From Limisphaerales bacterium (GTDB taxonomy: Bacteria; Verrucomicrobiota; Verrucomicrobiia; Limisphaerales; AAA164-E04), in the NCBI GenBank assembly GCA_965242585.1, contig OZ251460.1, positions 2,766,692 through 2,830,691 on the forward strand: a stretch of DNA of 64,000 nucleotides, given 5' to 3'. The translations under genes were made by a program, and so were the position numbers. The notes beneath the pieces were generated by a model, which saw only the letters and a program-made list of their open reading frames with translations, was not told the DNA's origin and ran no database searches. Below are positions 18,339 to 27,287 of this stretch, piece after piece. The number at the start of each line of letters is the position of its first letter. The stretch's first letter is position 1.

Positions 18339-20069
18339 TTAAGGGAGTATGGAGGCGTGTAGGCGGTTGTTTTGCGGGAGGTTTTTTTCTTCGAATTCGC
18401 CGCACCAACCTTTGATTTCCGCGTCGTTGAAGATTTTGCCGATGACGCGCCGCAACAGTCCTTTGAGGCTGGCATTTTCGAGTTCGCGCAGGGATCGGAT
18501 GGCTTCTTCTTGGTAGGATTGTAGCAATTCTTCGGCGCGTTGGATGGCGCCAAGTTTTCGGCAGAGGGCTTCGATTTCCTCTGAGTTGGGCGGCTCGGCT
18601 TGCCTTCGCCAGATTTTTTCGAGCAAGGTTTTTTCGTTGCCGTGCGCGTTTTGGTAGGCGATGGCGAGTGGCAGGCTGGGGCGCAGTCCGGCGATGTCGT
18701 TGGTGTCGCTGCCGGCGCTTAGGTCGTTCAAGTCGTCTCGGATTTGGTAGGCGATTCCCAAAGCTTCGCTGTAGCGGGACAAGGTTTTTTGCACTGCTTT
18801 GTATTCTTTGATTCCGGCGGAGATTACTCCCAGTTGCAGGGCGACTTCGAAGGCGGGCGCGGTTTTGCGGCGGAAGATGTCCAGCACGGTTTTGGTGGAA
18901 AGTGGTTCGGGTTGCCGCGCCCAGCATAGTTCCGCTCCTTGTCCTTGGCATAGGCGGCGTTGGCCTTCAGCGGCAACTTGCAGCATCAAGGCGCGTTGTT
19001 CGACGGAGGCGTTGCTGGAGGCCAAGAGCCGATAGCCTTCGCCGATGAGCAGGTCTCCGGCGTTGATGGCCACGGGGACGCCGTGTTCTTCGTGCAGGGT
19101 TTTTTCTCCGTAACGTAGTGCGTCGTTGTCTTCGATGTCGTCGTGGATGAGAGAGGCTTTGTGGAAGCACTCGACGGCGACGCCGATTTTGCGGATGCGG
19201 GGTGGCAAGTCTGCGCCGGGTTCTGCTTGGAGGGATTGGAATGCGGCGGCGGCGAGGAAGGGTCGCCAGCGTTTGCCGGCCCGCATTAGCCAGTTGCGGG
19301 AGAGGATTTCCGTCCGGCCGTCGGCGTTCCCCATAGTGAGGTCTATGGTGGCGGGGCTGAACCAAAATTCGACGTCTTCCCGCAAGTCGCCCAGGTTCAT
19401 TCGGCGGGTGCGGTCGTCGCCGGACAAGTGGATGTAGTCCCAAATCCAATCCAAATCCACGGTGGTGTCGATGCAATCGTCTTGGAGCAGGGGGATGGCC
19501 ACTCCGGGAATGGCCGCCGCTTCCATGTAGGGGAAGGCTCGTTCGAGAACGCTGATGCAGCTGACGCCGACGATGGCCTCGATTTTGCCGGTTTGAATGA
19601 GCGACATCACGATGGCCGATCCTTCGGCAACCAGAACCGCATATCCCAGTCGTTCTGCTTCTGTCTGTAGGTCTTGAATGGAGCATAGGCCGCAGGATTT
19701 GCAGAGCAGTCCGAATTCGTCGAAGGGCGCCGGGCAGCGGCTTTCGACCCGCAGGCACTTTGGCAGGAGGAGCAGGCGGCGATGGTAGGGAACGGCGGCG
19801 AGGGGTTCTCGCCACATCTCGTTGTTGATTAGAACGCCGAGGTAGTCGCGGTAAACGGGATTGAGCTGGTTTTCCCGAATCAGCCGGTCGGCGTGCTTTT
19901 TCAAGTCTTCCACCGGCAGGGGAGGCACCGGGTTCTGCTCGGCCACATAACGGCGGACCGCCAAAAGCGCTTGGTTCCGTTCTTCCGGGGTTTGGGGCAG
20001 GTTTTTCTTGGGCGGCCTGAATTTTTGTGGCGCCGCCGAACGGGGCAGGATTAATTCCGTGGAAGACAT
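18339..20069 (-). CDS. Fusion protein: Cys-rich DUF116-like N-terminal module plus trans-polyprenyl diphosphate synthase
   Basis: The N-terminal half has LLLLPKCLRVESRCPAPFDEFGLLCKSCGLCSI and GVSCISVLERAF. The C-terminal half has both Asp-rich motifs (LIHDDIEDNDALRYG and YQIRDDLNDL). Its start overlaps the upstream radical-SAM gene by 19 nt. Confidence 0.8.
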   Translation of the reverse strand: MSSTELILPRSAAPQKFRPPKKNLPQTPEERNQALLAVRRYVAEQNPVPPLPVEDLKKHADRLIRENQLNPVYRDYLGVLINNEMWREPLAAVPYHRRLLLLPKCLRVESRCPAPFDEFGLLCKSCGLCSIQDLQTEAERLGYAVLVAEGSAIVMSLIQTGKIEAIVGVSCISVLERAFPYMEAAAIPGVAIPLLQDDCIDTTVDLDWIWDYIHLSGDDRTRRMNLGDLREDVEFWFSPATIDLTMGNADGRTEILSRNWLMRAGKRWRPFLAAAAFQSLQAEPGADLPPRIRKIGVAVECFHKASLIHDDIEDNDALRYGEKTLHEEHGVPVAINAGDLLIGEGYRLLASSNASVEQRALMLQVAAEGQRRLCQGQGAELCWARQPEPLSTKTVLDIFRRKTAPAFEVALQLGVISAGIKEYKAVQKTLSRYSEALGIAYQIRDDLNDLSAGSDTNDIAGLRPSLPLAIAYQNAHGNEKTLLEKIWRRQAEPPNSEEIEALCRKLGAIQRAEELLQSYQEEAIRSLRELENASLKGLLRRVIGKIFNDAEIKGWCGEFEEKNLPQNNRLHASILP

Positions 20070-21328
20070 TTGAGTTCTTGAGGTGAGGTTTTACGATTTC
20101 GTGGCAACTGGCTTGCGGGCGCATTCGCCGTCAAATTCCGATAGGCTTGAAAGTCGTTGAACCAAAAGCGTTTCGCCCAGCGATACATCCAGTGTCGTTC
20201 GGGAATCTCTTCGCCGGGAAGCCATTGGCTGAAGCGCGGTTCCATTGCTTCCAGTTCTCGCATGGCGGTTCCCCGGACGGTGGTATCTTTGGCGCCGTGT
20301 TTCTTCACCAGCGACTTGACCAAGTCCGGCCGTTCCAACACAACACAACCCCGCGTGGCTTCGGCGGATAGTTTGCGGAAGTCGGACAAGAATGCCGAAT
20401 CGCGGATGGTTTCGTAGATGCCCCGACGGTCGTGTATGGAATCGGCGGCAAATTGGATGATGGGACACGGTTCGATGTCGCCTCGCGGGCTGACGTGATG
20501 GCTGACTCCGTTGGACATAGGACACAAGGCCCGCCCTTGGTCGTCGTAGTAGGCGTCAATGATTCCGATCGGCATCTTCGCCCGCATTTCCACAATGAAG
20601 CGTCGGACGTCGATCAACTGCTGTCGTGTCAAGCCCAGTTGGTCGTTCCGCTCAGGACCTACCGGACGATAGCTGTGAAACCAAACATAATGAACGCCGC
20701 GGCGGATTAATTCTTCAAGCCAGGCTTCTTGAAGCAGGTCGTCAATGTTTGATTGGCAGACGCTGGTGGCCACGCCGGTCAGCAGTTTGTGTCGGAGAGC
20801 GTTTTCCAATCCGCGAAGCGTTTGGTTTAGGACGCCCTTTTTGCCTCGTCGTTGGTCGCTGACCGTTTCACTGCCTTCGATGCTGATCAGCGGAGTGGCG
20901 TTTCCCAATGCCCGCAGCCGGGTCGCCGCTTTGTCGCTAATAAACTGGCCGTTGGTGAAAATCTGAAAGTAGCAATCCGGGTGCGCAGCCAGAAGGTCGA
21001 ACAACTCCGAGTGCAGAAACGGCTCTCCGCCCAGAATTCCGAAGAAGACGTTGCCGTGTTTTTTGGCCTCGCCAATTGTTTGATTCATGGTTTTCAGATC
21101 TAATTGACTGCGGGGCGCCGTGACGTCCACCCAACAACCTTGGCAACGAAGGTTGCAACTGTTGAGGATGGAAAGGTAAAGAAACGGAGGAAAATACTCG
21201 CCTTTCTTGAGCCGTCGTTTGAACCGCTCCACAGAAAGCATCCCGCGGACGCCGAAGTGCCAGGCGAATTTCCACAGACACTTTGCGTCCGCGGTGCGCA
21301 GGATGCGAAAGGCAAGTTGAGGCAACAT
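20051..21328 (-). CDS. Radical SAM protein (with C-terminal auxiliary Cys-rich region)
   Basis: CX3CX2C motif in LSILNSCNLRCQGCWVD, then GGEPFLH. A downstream Cys stretch, CPMSNGVSHHVSPRGDIEPCP, resembles a twitch/SPASM-type segment. Confidence 0.85.
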   Translation of the reverse strand: MLPQLAFRILRTADAKCLWKFAWHFGVRGMLSVERFKRRLKKGEYFPPFLYLSILNSCNLRCQGCWVDVTAPRSQLDLKTMNQTIGEAKKHGNVFFGILGGEPFLHSELFDLLAAHPDCYFQIFTNGQFISDKAATRLRALGNATPLISIEGSETVSDQRRGKKGVLNQTLRGLENALRHKLLTGVATSVCQSNIDDLLQEAWLEELIRRGVHYVWFHSYRPVGPERNDQLGLTRQQLIDVRRFIVEMRAKMPIGIIDAYYDDQGRALCPMSNGVSHHVSPRGDIEPCPIIQFAADSIHDRRGIYETIRDSAFLSDFRKLSAEATRGCVVLERPDLVKSLVKKHGAKDTTVRGTAMRELEAMEPRFSQWLPGEEIPERHWMYRWAKRFWFNDFQAYRNLTANAPASQLPRNRKTSPQELKCLPRN

Positions 21329-21369
21329 AGGCGGAATTTATCTTGCGGTTCTGGGTTTTTGCAATGGAT

Positions 21370-21894
21370 TCACGCGGAGCGCCGTTTCAGCCAGAGATCG
21401 GCGGCCGATTCCGCCGCGCGCAGGCCGGCGGCGATTTTTCTCAAGTCGATGGTGCGGTCGCGCCAAGAAAACTGCAACACTTCGGGGTCTAAACTTCGCA
21501 GGAAAACGTCCTGCCGATACGCGGAGGTGGATCCTCGAGGCATGATGTTCATGCCGATAAAGTGAAAGTGGTCTAAGCCATCCAGCCAGAGGCGGAACTG
21601 CGCGGCGCCAGATTCAGCAAAGGCGGCCAAACCGGAGGTTTTCAAGGCCGAGTCTTCGGGGATTTTTAGCGCTTTGCGCAGAGCTTCGCTGTCTTCGGCG
21701 GCATCGGACGGGACGGCCGGCCAAAGAAACTGCGCCGTTTGATGCGCCCGATCCAGCAGGGCGTGGACGTAGAAAAAAGTCTTTTCCAAGTCCATGCCGT
21801 TCAAACCGGCCCGCAAACTTTGCCACGCAATTTTGCCAAACCGGCATTGCTGGCGAACTTCTTCCACGATTTTGGCGAGGCGTTGCTGCTCCAT
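21370..21894 (-). CDS. Hypothetical protein (about 174 aa)
   Basis: Lies in ORF 21370..22296, but that ORF's N-terminal 134 codons overlap the upstream ferredoxin gene out of frame. The ATG at 21894 (MEQQRLAKIVEEV) lies 5 nt after that gene's stop. I recognise no motif. Confidence 0.5.
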   Translation of the reverse strand: MEQQRLAKIVEEVRQQCRFGKIAWQSLRAGLNGMDLEKTFFYVHALLDRAHQTAQFLWPAVPSDAAEDSEALRKALKIPEDSALKTSGLAAFAESGAAQFRLWLDGLDHFHFIGMNIMPRGSTSAYRQDVFLRSLDPEVLQFSWRDRTIDLRKIAAGLRAAESAADLWLKRRSA

Positions 21895-21899
21895 ACGGG

Positions 21900-22775
21900 T
21901 CAAATTTTCTCTTCCGGCAGATGGTTGGCCGCCATCCGGGCGGCTTCCGCTTTGGCGGACGCTTCTTCGGCGCGGCGCTGAATTTCTTCTGGCGACGGAA
22001 GCGACATCAACACTTCTTCCGGCACGTCTCCTGCTTGCGCCAACTTTACGAGGCATTTTTTCCGCTCGTTGAGGGCTTTGTCGGGGTTTCGCTCTTTGGA
22101 AAACCGGGACTTCGCCTTCTCGCTCCGGTCTCGCAACATTTGATACACGTCGCCGCCGAGAAGGGAAGAGATGTCGATTTTCATTTTCTCGCGATTCAAG
22201 TCGGCGGGGTTGACGCGGTCGCCGTTGATTGGCCCGCTCCGATATTTGGGAAACATGATCGCCGCTTCCGGGCATACCCGCGAACAAGCCGGGCAATTAG
22301 TCTTGCAACTGTCGTTGTTTTGCACTTGCAGCCGGTTGTCGCCATCCACGCCGTAAACGCCGAACAAACAAAAACTAAGGCACTGCATGCAGTTGGTGCA
22401 ACGCTCGTAGTCGATTACCGGAAACCAAGGCTTCCAAGCGCCGTGATGAAAGGCGCCCAGCTCTTCCCGCTTCGAGCGGACTATGGACGCAACGGTTTCA
22501 GGGTTTTGATCGCCGATGTCCGCCGCGCCCGCTTCCGCCGCCTTGGCGCCTTCTGAAACAAAGGTCGGCGGCACGCCATCTTGGAATCTGCCCAGCACAA
22601 AAAGCGCCGACCGTCCATCCGGCGCCATCGCAGACCGTTCATTCGTCCGCGTCACGGCAAACCCCTCCGCCAACAGCGCCGACACGGTTTGGTAACAAAA
22701 CTCCGCGTCCAGCGGCTTGCTCCCTTTGCCTTCGTAGAGAACTACCCGCAACAACCGACTCTCAACCAGACTCAT
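21900..22775 (-). CDS. Ferredoxin-type 2x[4Fe-4S] domain protein with charged C-terminal tail
   Basis: Cys clusters CTNCMQCLSFC and CKTNCPACSRVCPEAAI. The ATG at 22773-22775 overlaps the upstream ORF by 14 nt. Confidence 0.75.
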   Translation of the reverse strand: MSLVESRLLRVVLYEGKGSKPLDAEFCYQTVSALLAEGFAVTRTNERSAMAPDGRSALFVLGRFQDGVPPTFVSEGAKAAEAGAADIGDQNPETVASIVRSKREELGAFHHGAWKPWFPVIDYERCTNCMQCLSFCLFGVYGVDGDNRLQVQNNDSCKTNCPACSRVCPEAAIMFPKYRSGPINGDRVNPADLNREKMKIDISSLLGGDVYQMLRDRSEKAKSRFSKERNPDKALNERKKCLVKLAQAGDVPEEVLMSLPSPEEIQRRAEEASAKAEAARMAANHLPEEKI

Positions 22776-23175
22776 GCGCTTCCTTTCCTGAATTATTGGA
22801 ACCCGCTGTCGGCGGGCGGTTGTCTTCCGGCAAGTTCGGACGCAGAGGACCGCTCAGCAAAGCGGCCGCCGCTTCCTCCGCCGACTCCGTCCGCATGTTG
22901 ACGACTTGCGTTTGCTCCGGTGGCAATGCGGCGTTTCCCGCCGCAAACAACCATTTTACTGCGCGGGGAAAGCAGGCGGCAATTTTTACCGGACTTCCGC
23001 CCGCCAAGCGCAACAGCATCGGGTCTTTCCGGGCAGACATCTCGCACAAGTCGGCCACGGCGTCAAAAGAGACGCCCGAGTCGCACAACTTCCGAAGCAC
23101 GTTTTCCTTCGTGCTTCGGGGAACCACTTGGGCGTAAGCGCAGTTGCAATACAAAATTCTCGTGTCTTCAGCCAT
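22762..23175 (-). CDS. Small Cys-containing hypothetical protein
   Basis: MAEDTRILYCNCAYAQVVP..LCDSGVSFDAVADLCEM..IAACFPRAV. It is translationally coupled to the ferredoxin gene. Confidence 0.5.
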   Translation of the reverse strand: MAEDTRILYCNCAYAQVVPRSTKENVLRKLCDSGVSFDAVADLCEMSARKDPMLLRLAGGSPVKIAACFPRAVKWLFAAGNAALPPEQTQVVNMRTESAEEAAAALLSGPLRPNLPEDNRPPTAGSNNSGKEAHESG

Positions 23176-23238
23176 GTGCCGTGCGGGACAATATGAAGGA
23201 AAAATCGCCGGATGCCAATCTTTTGCTTCGCTTTGGCG

Positions 23239-24396
23239 TCAAAGACTTGCGGAAACCAAACGATCTCGATGCGTCGGCTTCGGCCTGCTCGGCCGAAATC
23301 GCTCTAAATCTTCCACCTCCAGCGCGATCCCGCACTTTTGCCCAACCGTTTTCAAAGCGGAGCGTGCAATGTTTTCAATCGTTTCCGGCGCCGTCTCCGC
23401 CCGCAGATTCAAAATTAACTGCCCCGATTGCATCGCGCCTTCCAACTGTTGTCCCAGCTCGGGGACGACGTCGTTCCGCACTACGTGGATCGCGGCCAGA
23501 TTATTCCAATCGGCGGCCGGCGCCAAAGTTATCTTGAGATGGGCAACTTCAGCCGCTGCATTCCGCAACCGTCCCTGCATCTCTTCCGCGATTTCCCGCA
23601 ACAAATTGTTGCCGTCAAATTCTTCCCCGGAGCGAACCGCAATCGTTGCGTTCAGCCAACCCAACAACGCCTCTCCATCCGCGTAAACGTCGTAGTCTAG
23701 TTCCATCGTCGGCTCGTCGGGTTGGACTTCGCCGGTCACAATTTCGAACCACTCCCTCAAGCCCGATCCCTGCCGGGCAGAGACGGCCAGCACTCGCGCC
23801 CGCGGAAATTCTTCTCCCAAACGTTCCTTCAACCGTTGCAAAGCGCCGGCCTCCAGCAAGTCGGTTTTGTTCACCACAATCAGGTTGGCTTCCTCCAGCT
23901 GTTTCCGATAGATATAGACGACCTTTGAGGAAAAACAGCCTCCATCGGCCAAGCCCAACACTCGCTGCGCCCGAATCGGATCCACAAGCGTCGAAAGCGG
24001 CGCAATCTGAAAATTGTCGCCGTAAATGCGCCGCAGCGGATACGCCACCGTTGCCGCCAGATCCGTGCAACTGCCCACTGGCTCCGCCACAAACACTTCC
24101 GGCCGAGTCGACTCAGTCAAACGCTTGGCCGCCTCCAACAATGAGTCGAATCGGCAGCAAAAACAGCCCCCCGGAATCTCCTCCGTGGCGTATCCCGCAG
24201 CGCGCAAGGCCGCGGTGTCCACCAGTCCGCTTCCTTGATCGTTGGTAATCAGTCCCGCCTTGCATCCGCGGGCGGCCAGATATTTTGCCAATTGAGACAC
24301 CGCCGTTGTCTTGCCGGCGCCCAGAAAGCCCCCAATCATAATATACCGCGCCGCCGGACTTGCCGAAGAATGCCCCCAATCCGTCATCGTCGTCAT
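23239..24396 (-). CDS. CobW/HypB/UreG-class (COG0523-like) P-loop GTPase, putative metallochaperone
   Basis: Walker A IGGFLGAGKTTAV, a GGCFCC motif (the CxCC metal site typical of the CobW family), and VVNKTDLL (an NKxD-like motif). Its start lies 3 nt after the stop of the upstream GcvH-like ORF. Confidence 0.85.
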   Translation of the reverse strand: MTTMTDWGHSSASPAARYIMIGGFLGAGKTTAVSQLAKYLAARGCKAGLITNDQGSGLVDTAALRAAGYATEEIPGGCFCCRFDSLLEAAKRLTESTRPEVFVAEPVGSCTDLAATVAYPLRRIYGDNFQIAPLSTLVDPIRAQRVLGLADGGCFSSKVVYIYRKQLEEANLIVVNKTDLLEAGALQRLKERLGEEFPRARVLAVSARQGSGLREWFEIVTGEVQPDEPTMELDYDVYADGEALLGWLNATIAVRSGEEFDGNNLLREIAEEMQGRLRNAAAEVAHLKITLAPAADWNNLAAIHVVRNDVVPELGQQLEGAMQSGQLILNLRAETAPETIENIARSALKTVGQKCGIALEVEDLERFRPSRPKPTHRDRLVSASL

Positions 24397-24399
24397 TGC

Positions 24400-24873
24400 T
24401 TACTGCTTTTCCTCTAACTTTTGCTTTTCCAGCATCTTGTCGATAGTCGCGTCCAAAACGCCCGAATACGCCGCCGCGTCCAAACACCGCGCGTCCGGTT
24501 CGCCTCGAACCTCATATAGCCAGCCTTCTCCATAAGGTTGGCTCGATACCAGCGAAATCTCCTCCCGCAAGCGCGGATTGCTCCGCACAAACTCCCCCCG
24601 AGCAATGGCGTAAACGTCCGAAATCGCCTTAAATCCTTCCACCCAGCCCAAAATCTGTCCCGGCTCCACCGCCGCTCCCGCCTTCGCTTCAAACTTATGA
24701 TCTACCATCTCCCCCAACATCCGCGTGGCAAACTTCGTGAACCCCACACGACAAAGTCCTTCGCCAAGTTGCCGCGCCCAACTGTGCGATGGACTGAACA
24801 CCGCCTCCGCCGGCAGATGCGTCGCAAAATGAGAGCGCTTGTAAAAAATCGTTTTGCCAGACTTCAAAGCCAC
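24400..24873 (-). CDS. Glycine-cleavage H-protein-like (lipoyl/biotinyl-attachment fold) protein
   Basis: The C-terminal 157 codons of ORF 24400..25968 read ...HSWARQLGEGLCRVGFTKFA...GQILGWVEGFKAISDVYAI...GEGWLYEV, a GcvH-like pattern with a candidate lipoyl Lys in EGFKA. There is no in-frame ATG. GTG at 24873 (or TTG two codons later) is the proposed start, and it is uncertain. Confidence 0.65.
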   Translation of the reverse strand: MALKSGKTIFYKRSHFATHLPAEAVFSPSHSWARQLGEGLCRVGFTKFATRMLGEMVDHKFEAKAGAAVEPGQILGWVEGFKAISDVYAIARGEFVRSNPRLREEISLVSSQPYGEGWLYEVRGEPDARCLDAAAYSGVLDATIDKMLEKQKLEEKQ

Positions 24874-25011
24874 TCTTCCAAAAACTACTCGCCATTCTGC
24901 AAAAAGGGAAAGCCCAATCTTGCTTCCCCTCGATGATTTCCGACGCCTCCCCAAACAAAAAGTCTTGATTTCAGAACCAAAATTCGCAATACAAAACCCC
25001 CAAAAAGAACC

Positions 25012-25344
25012 ATGCCAACATACGAATATCTCTGCGGCAAATGCGGCCGTGAATTCGAAGTCTTCCAATCCATGAAAGACAAAGCCCTCGCCATCTGCCC
25101 AAAAACCGTTTGCCGCCAAAAACCCTGGGGACAAGGCCCGGTCAAACGCGCCATCAGCGCCGGCGCCGGACTCCTCTTCAAAGGAAGCGGCTTTTACATC
25201 ACCGACTACCGAAGCGAAGGCTATAAAAAAGCCGCCAAAAAAGACTCCGAAACCGCCCAACCCAAAACCGCTGCCAAAAAATCCAAATCCGGCAAAAAAG
25301 CCGCCCCGTCCGCCGCCAAAAAAACCAACGTTTCCAATGCCTAA
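25012..25344 (+). CDS. FmdB-family zinc-ribbon protein
   Basis: MPTYEYLCGKCGREFEVFQSM..ICPK..C, the CxxC...CxxC FmdB signature, followed by a Lys/Ala-rich tail. Confidence 0.85.
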   Translation: MPTYEYLCGKCGREFEVFQSMKDKALAICPKTVCRQKPWGQGPVKRAISAGAGLLFKGSGFYITDYRSEGYKKAAKKDSETAQPKTAAKKSKSGKKAAPSAAKKTNVSNA

Positions 25345-26734
25345 TCCCAACTTCGGCCGGCACCGCTTCTTTCCCGCCTCCCGCCGTGCCGCCGCAATAA
25401 TCTTACCTCTACTCCCCGCGCTTTGCCTAGCCTTACCCCCATCCGCCGCCGCCGACTTCCGCACCATCGAAAGCCGCTCCGGCCAATTCCTCGTCCGCTG
25501 CCGCGAACCCTTCTCCCCCCCCTCTCTGCGCGAAGATGAAAAAGCCGCCGGCCTCATCACCCTCACCCCCGAACTCGCCGCCATTTCCGCCGAGCGCATC
25601 AAAGAAAGCCTCTTGCAACTTCTCGGCGCCCCAGACCGCTGGCGCGGTAAAATCCGCTTCCACTTCCACCCCGGCAAACCCAACCCCGACCTCTTCCAAG
25701 TCCGCTCCGCCCGCTTCTCCAACGGTTGGACATACCAAGTTTCCCTCAGCCCCAAAATCCGCCGCCAAACATGGCTCCGAAACTGCGTCGCCCTCCTGCT
25801 CCTCGAAATAGGCAACCGCCTTGCCGGCGAACAATCCGTCGAAATCCCCTTCTGGCTCGTCGACGGCATCGCCACAGAACTGCGACACTCCGCCCCCCTC
25901 GAGCTCAGCCCCAGCCACGCCGAACGCCTCCGACTCGGCGGTGCCAACTCCAAACCCGTCTTCCCCAATCAACTCTACCAAGACGCCCTCCTCTCCACCC
26001 GCCGCTGGCTCTCCCAAAACCCGCCAGCCAGCGCCTCCGAACTCTTCTTCCCCGAAGACCAACACTTGCGCGGCAGCAAAAAACGCCTCTTCGCACACTC
26101 CGCTCACCTCTTCTTTCGCCGCCTCCTCGACCTCCGCGCCGGCAAAGCCAGCCTCCGCCAGTTCCTCAGCGCCCTCCCCACACGCCTCAACTGGCAACAA
26201 GCCTTCTTCCCCAGCTTCGAACCCCACTTCCAAAAAATGCTCGACGTCGAAAAATGGTGGGCCGTCACCCTAACCGACTTCCTCACAAACCCCTACTCCG
26301 CCCCGCTCGATCCCCAAAAATTTGAAATCGGCTCCCGCCCCCCCAAAGAAACCCTCAACCAACTCGACCAACTCTTCTCCCTGCCCGCCCTCGTCGGACA
26401 CAAAAGAAACCAAATCACCCAACGCAAACGCTTCTCCCTCCAACAAGCCATCGCCCAATGGGACTACGCCGACCAAAAACCAGCTCTTGAACAAATCGTC
26501 CACCGCCTCGACATCCTCGCCATATACGCCCATCCCCAACTCACCCCCCTCATCCGCGACTATCAAAAAACCCTCCACAACTACCTTTCCCAACGCAACC
26601 AATCCGGCCGCCAACTCTCCACCAAACGCCCCCTTCAAATGCGCCGCCGACCCCAACACATCGCCCAAAAAACCCAACAAAAACTCAACCAACTAGACGC
26701 CCAACGCCGCCAACTCTCCACCTCGCCAACATAA
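25337..26734 (+). CDS. Hypothetical secreted protein (465 aa)
   Basis: The ATG overlaps the FmdB stop (ATGCCTAA, an 8-nt overlap). It has a signal-like N-terminus, RRAAAIILPLLPALCLALPPSAAAD. The coding strand is strongly G-poor, so every other frame is also open. The frame was chosen by the coupling and the signal peptide. Confidence 0.6.
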   Translation: MPNPNFGRHRFFPASRRAAAIILPLLPALCLALPPSAAADFRTIESRSGQFLVRCREPFSPPSLREDEKAAGLITLTPELAAISAERIKESLLQLLGAPDRWRGKIRFHFHPGKPNPDLFQVRSARFSNGWTYQVSLSPKIRRQTWLRNCVALLLLEIGNRLAGEQSVEIPFWLVDGIATELRHSAPLELSPSHAERLRLGGANSKPVFPNQLYQDALLSTRRWLSQNPPASASELFFPEDQHLRGSKKRLFAHSAHLFFRRLLDLRAGKASLRQFLSALPTRLNWQQAFFPSFEPHFQKMLDVEKWWAVTLTDFLTNPYSAPLDPQKFEIGSRPPKETLNQLDQLFSLPALVGHKRNQITQRKRFSLQQAIAQWDYADQKPALEQIVHRLDILAIYAHPQLTPLIRDYQKTLHNYLSQRNQSGRQLSTKRPLQMRRRPQHIAQKTQQKLNQLDAQRRQLSTSPT

Positions 26735-26867
26735 ACAAAAGAATCCCAAACCCCCACTCGTTAAAACAAACAAAAACGACTCCTCCACAACTTTGACAAA
26801 ACAACCCCGCAATAACCCTTTACATCTTCGCAATCCTATCCACTTCTCTAAAAGCCCACAACACGGC

Positions 26868-27167
26868 CTAGCGAATCGCCTGAGCAAGACTACTCTCGCA
26901 TTTAATCAAGAGAATCGGTTCACGCATTCCTCGAAACCGAATTTTATTCTTCTCTTCCTGAAGTAAATTTCTTTCATACTTACGAATTCTGCCATAAGTA
27001 GCCACAAGAAGAAATCTAACCTTCTCATTCTTAGGAACGACCTTCTCCGCACCCTTCGCGCCGGCTTGAAGTTGCGGCATAACCCAGCTTTTGCCTTCCA
27101 CTTCCCCAACAAAAAGAAAGTTGCACCGCTTGTCGTGTTTCTCCACCAGCAATTCCAGATGATCCAT
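26868..27167 (-). CDS. Small hypothetical protein downstream of the ATPase
   Basis: Lies in ORF 26868..27242. The ATG at 27167 gives MDHLELLVEKHDKRCNFLFVGEVEGKS. It is on the same strand as the ATPase gene and 45-120 nt downstream of it. No family recognised. Confidence 0.35.
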   Translation of the reverse strand: MDHLELLVEKHDKRCNFLFVGEVEGKSWVMPQLQAGAKGAEKVVPKNEKVRFLLVATYGRIRKYERNLLQEEKNKIRFRGMREPILLIKCESSLAQAIR

Positions 27168-27287
27168 GTTAATCAAAAACACGCGGACGACACTCCCTCG
27201 GAAGAGGCACTTTGCATCCTTCTTTCTTGCACAACTTATCACAACACGATTCCGAAACCTTCGCCCGAACCACTTTCACAAGGTCGC

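Noticed and set aside
18304-20124. Arg/Pro-rich alternative-frame ORFs (215 aa at 18304..18951 and 385 aa at 18967..20124).
   Set aside because: They are out-of-frame shadows of the polyprenyl-synthase gene. Their composition (RRR, PRR runs) is typical of off-frame translation of GC-rich coding DNA.
24874-25968. N-terminal about 365 codons of the 522-aa minus-strand ORF (24400..25968).
   Set aside because: The translation is low-complexity (GFGFFG, RRR runs). It lies antisense to the FmdB gene and the 465-aa gene. It stays open only because the plus strand is G-poor. Only the last 157 codons look like a real GcvH-like protein.
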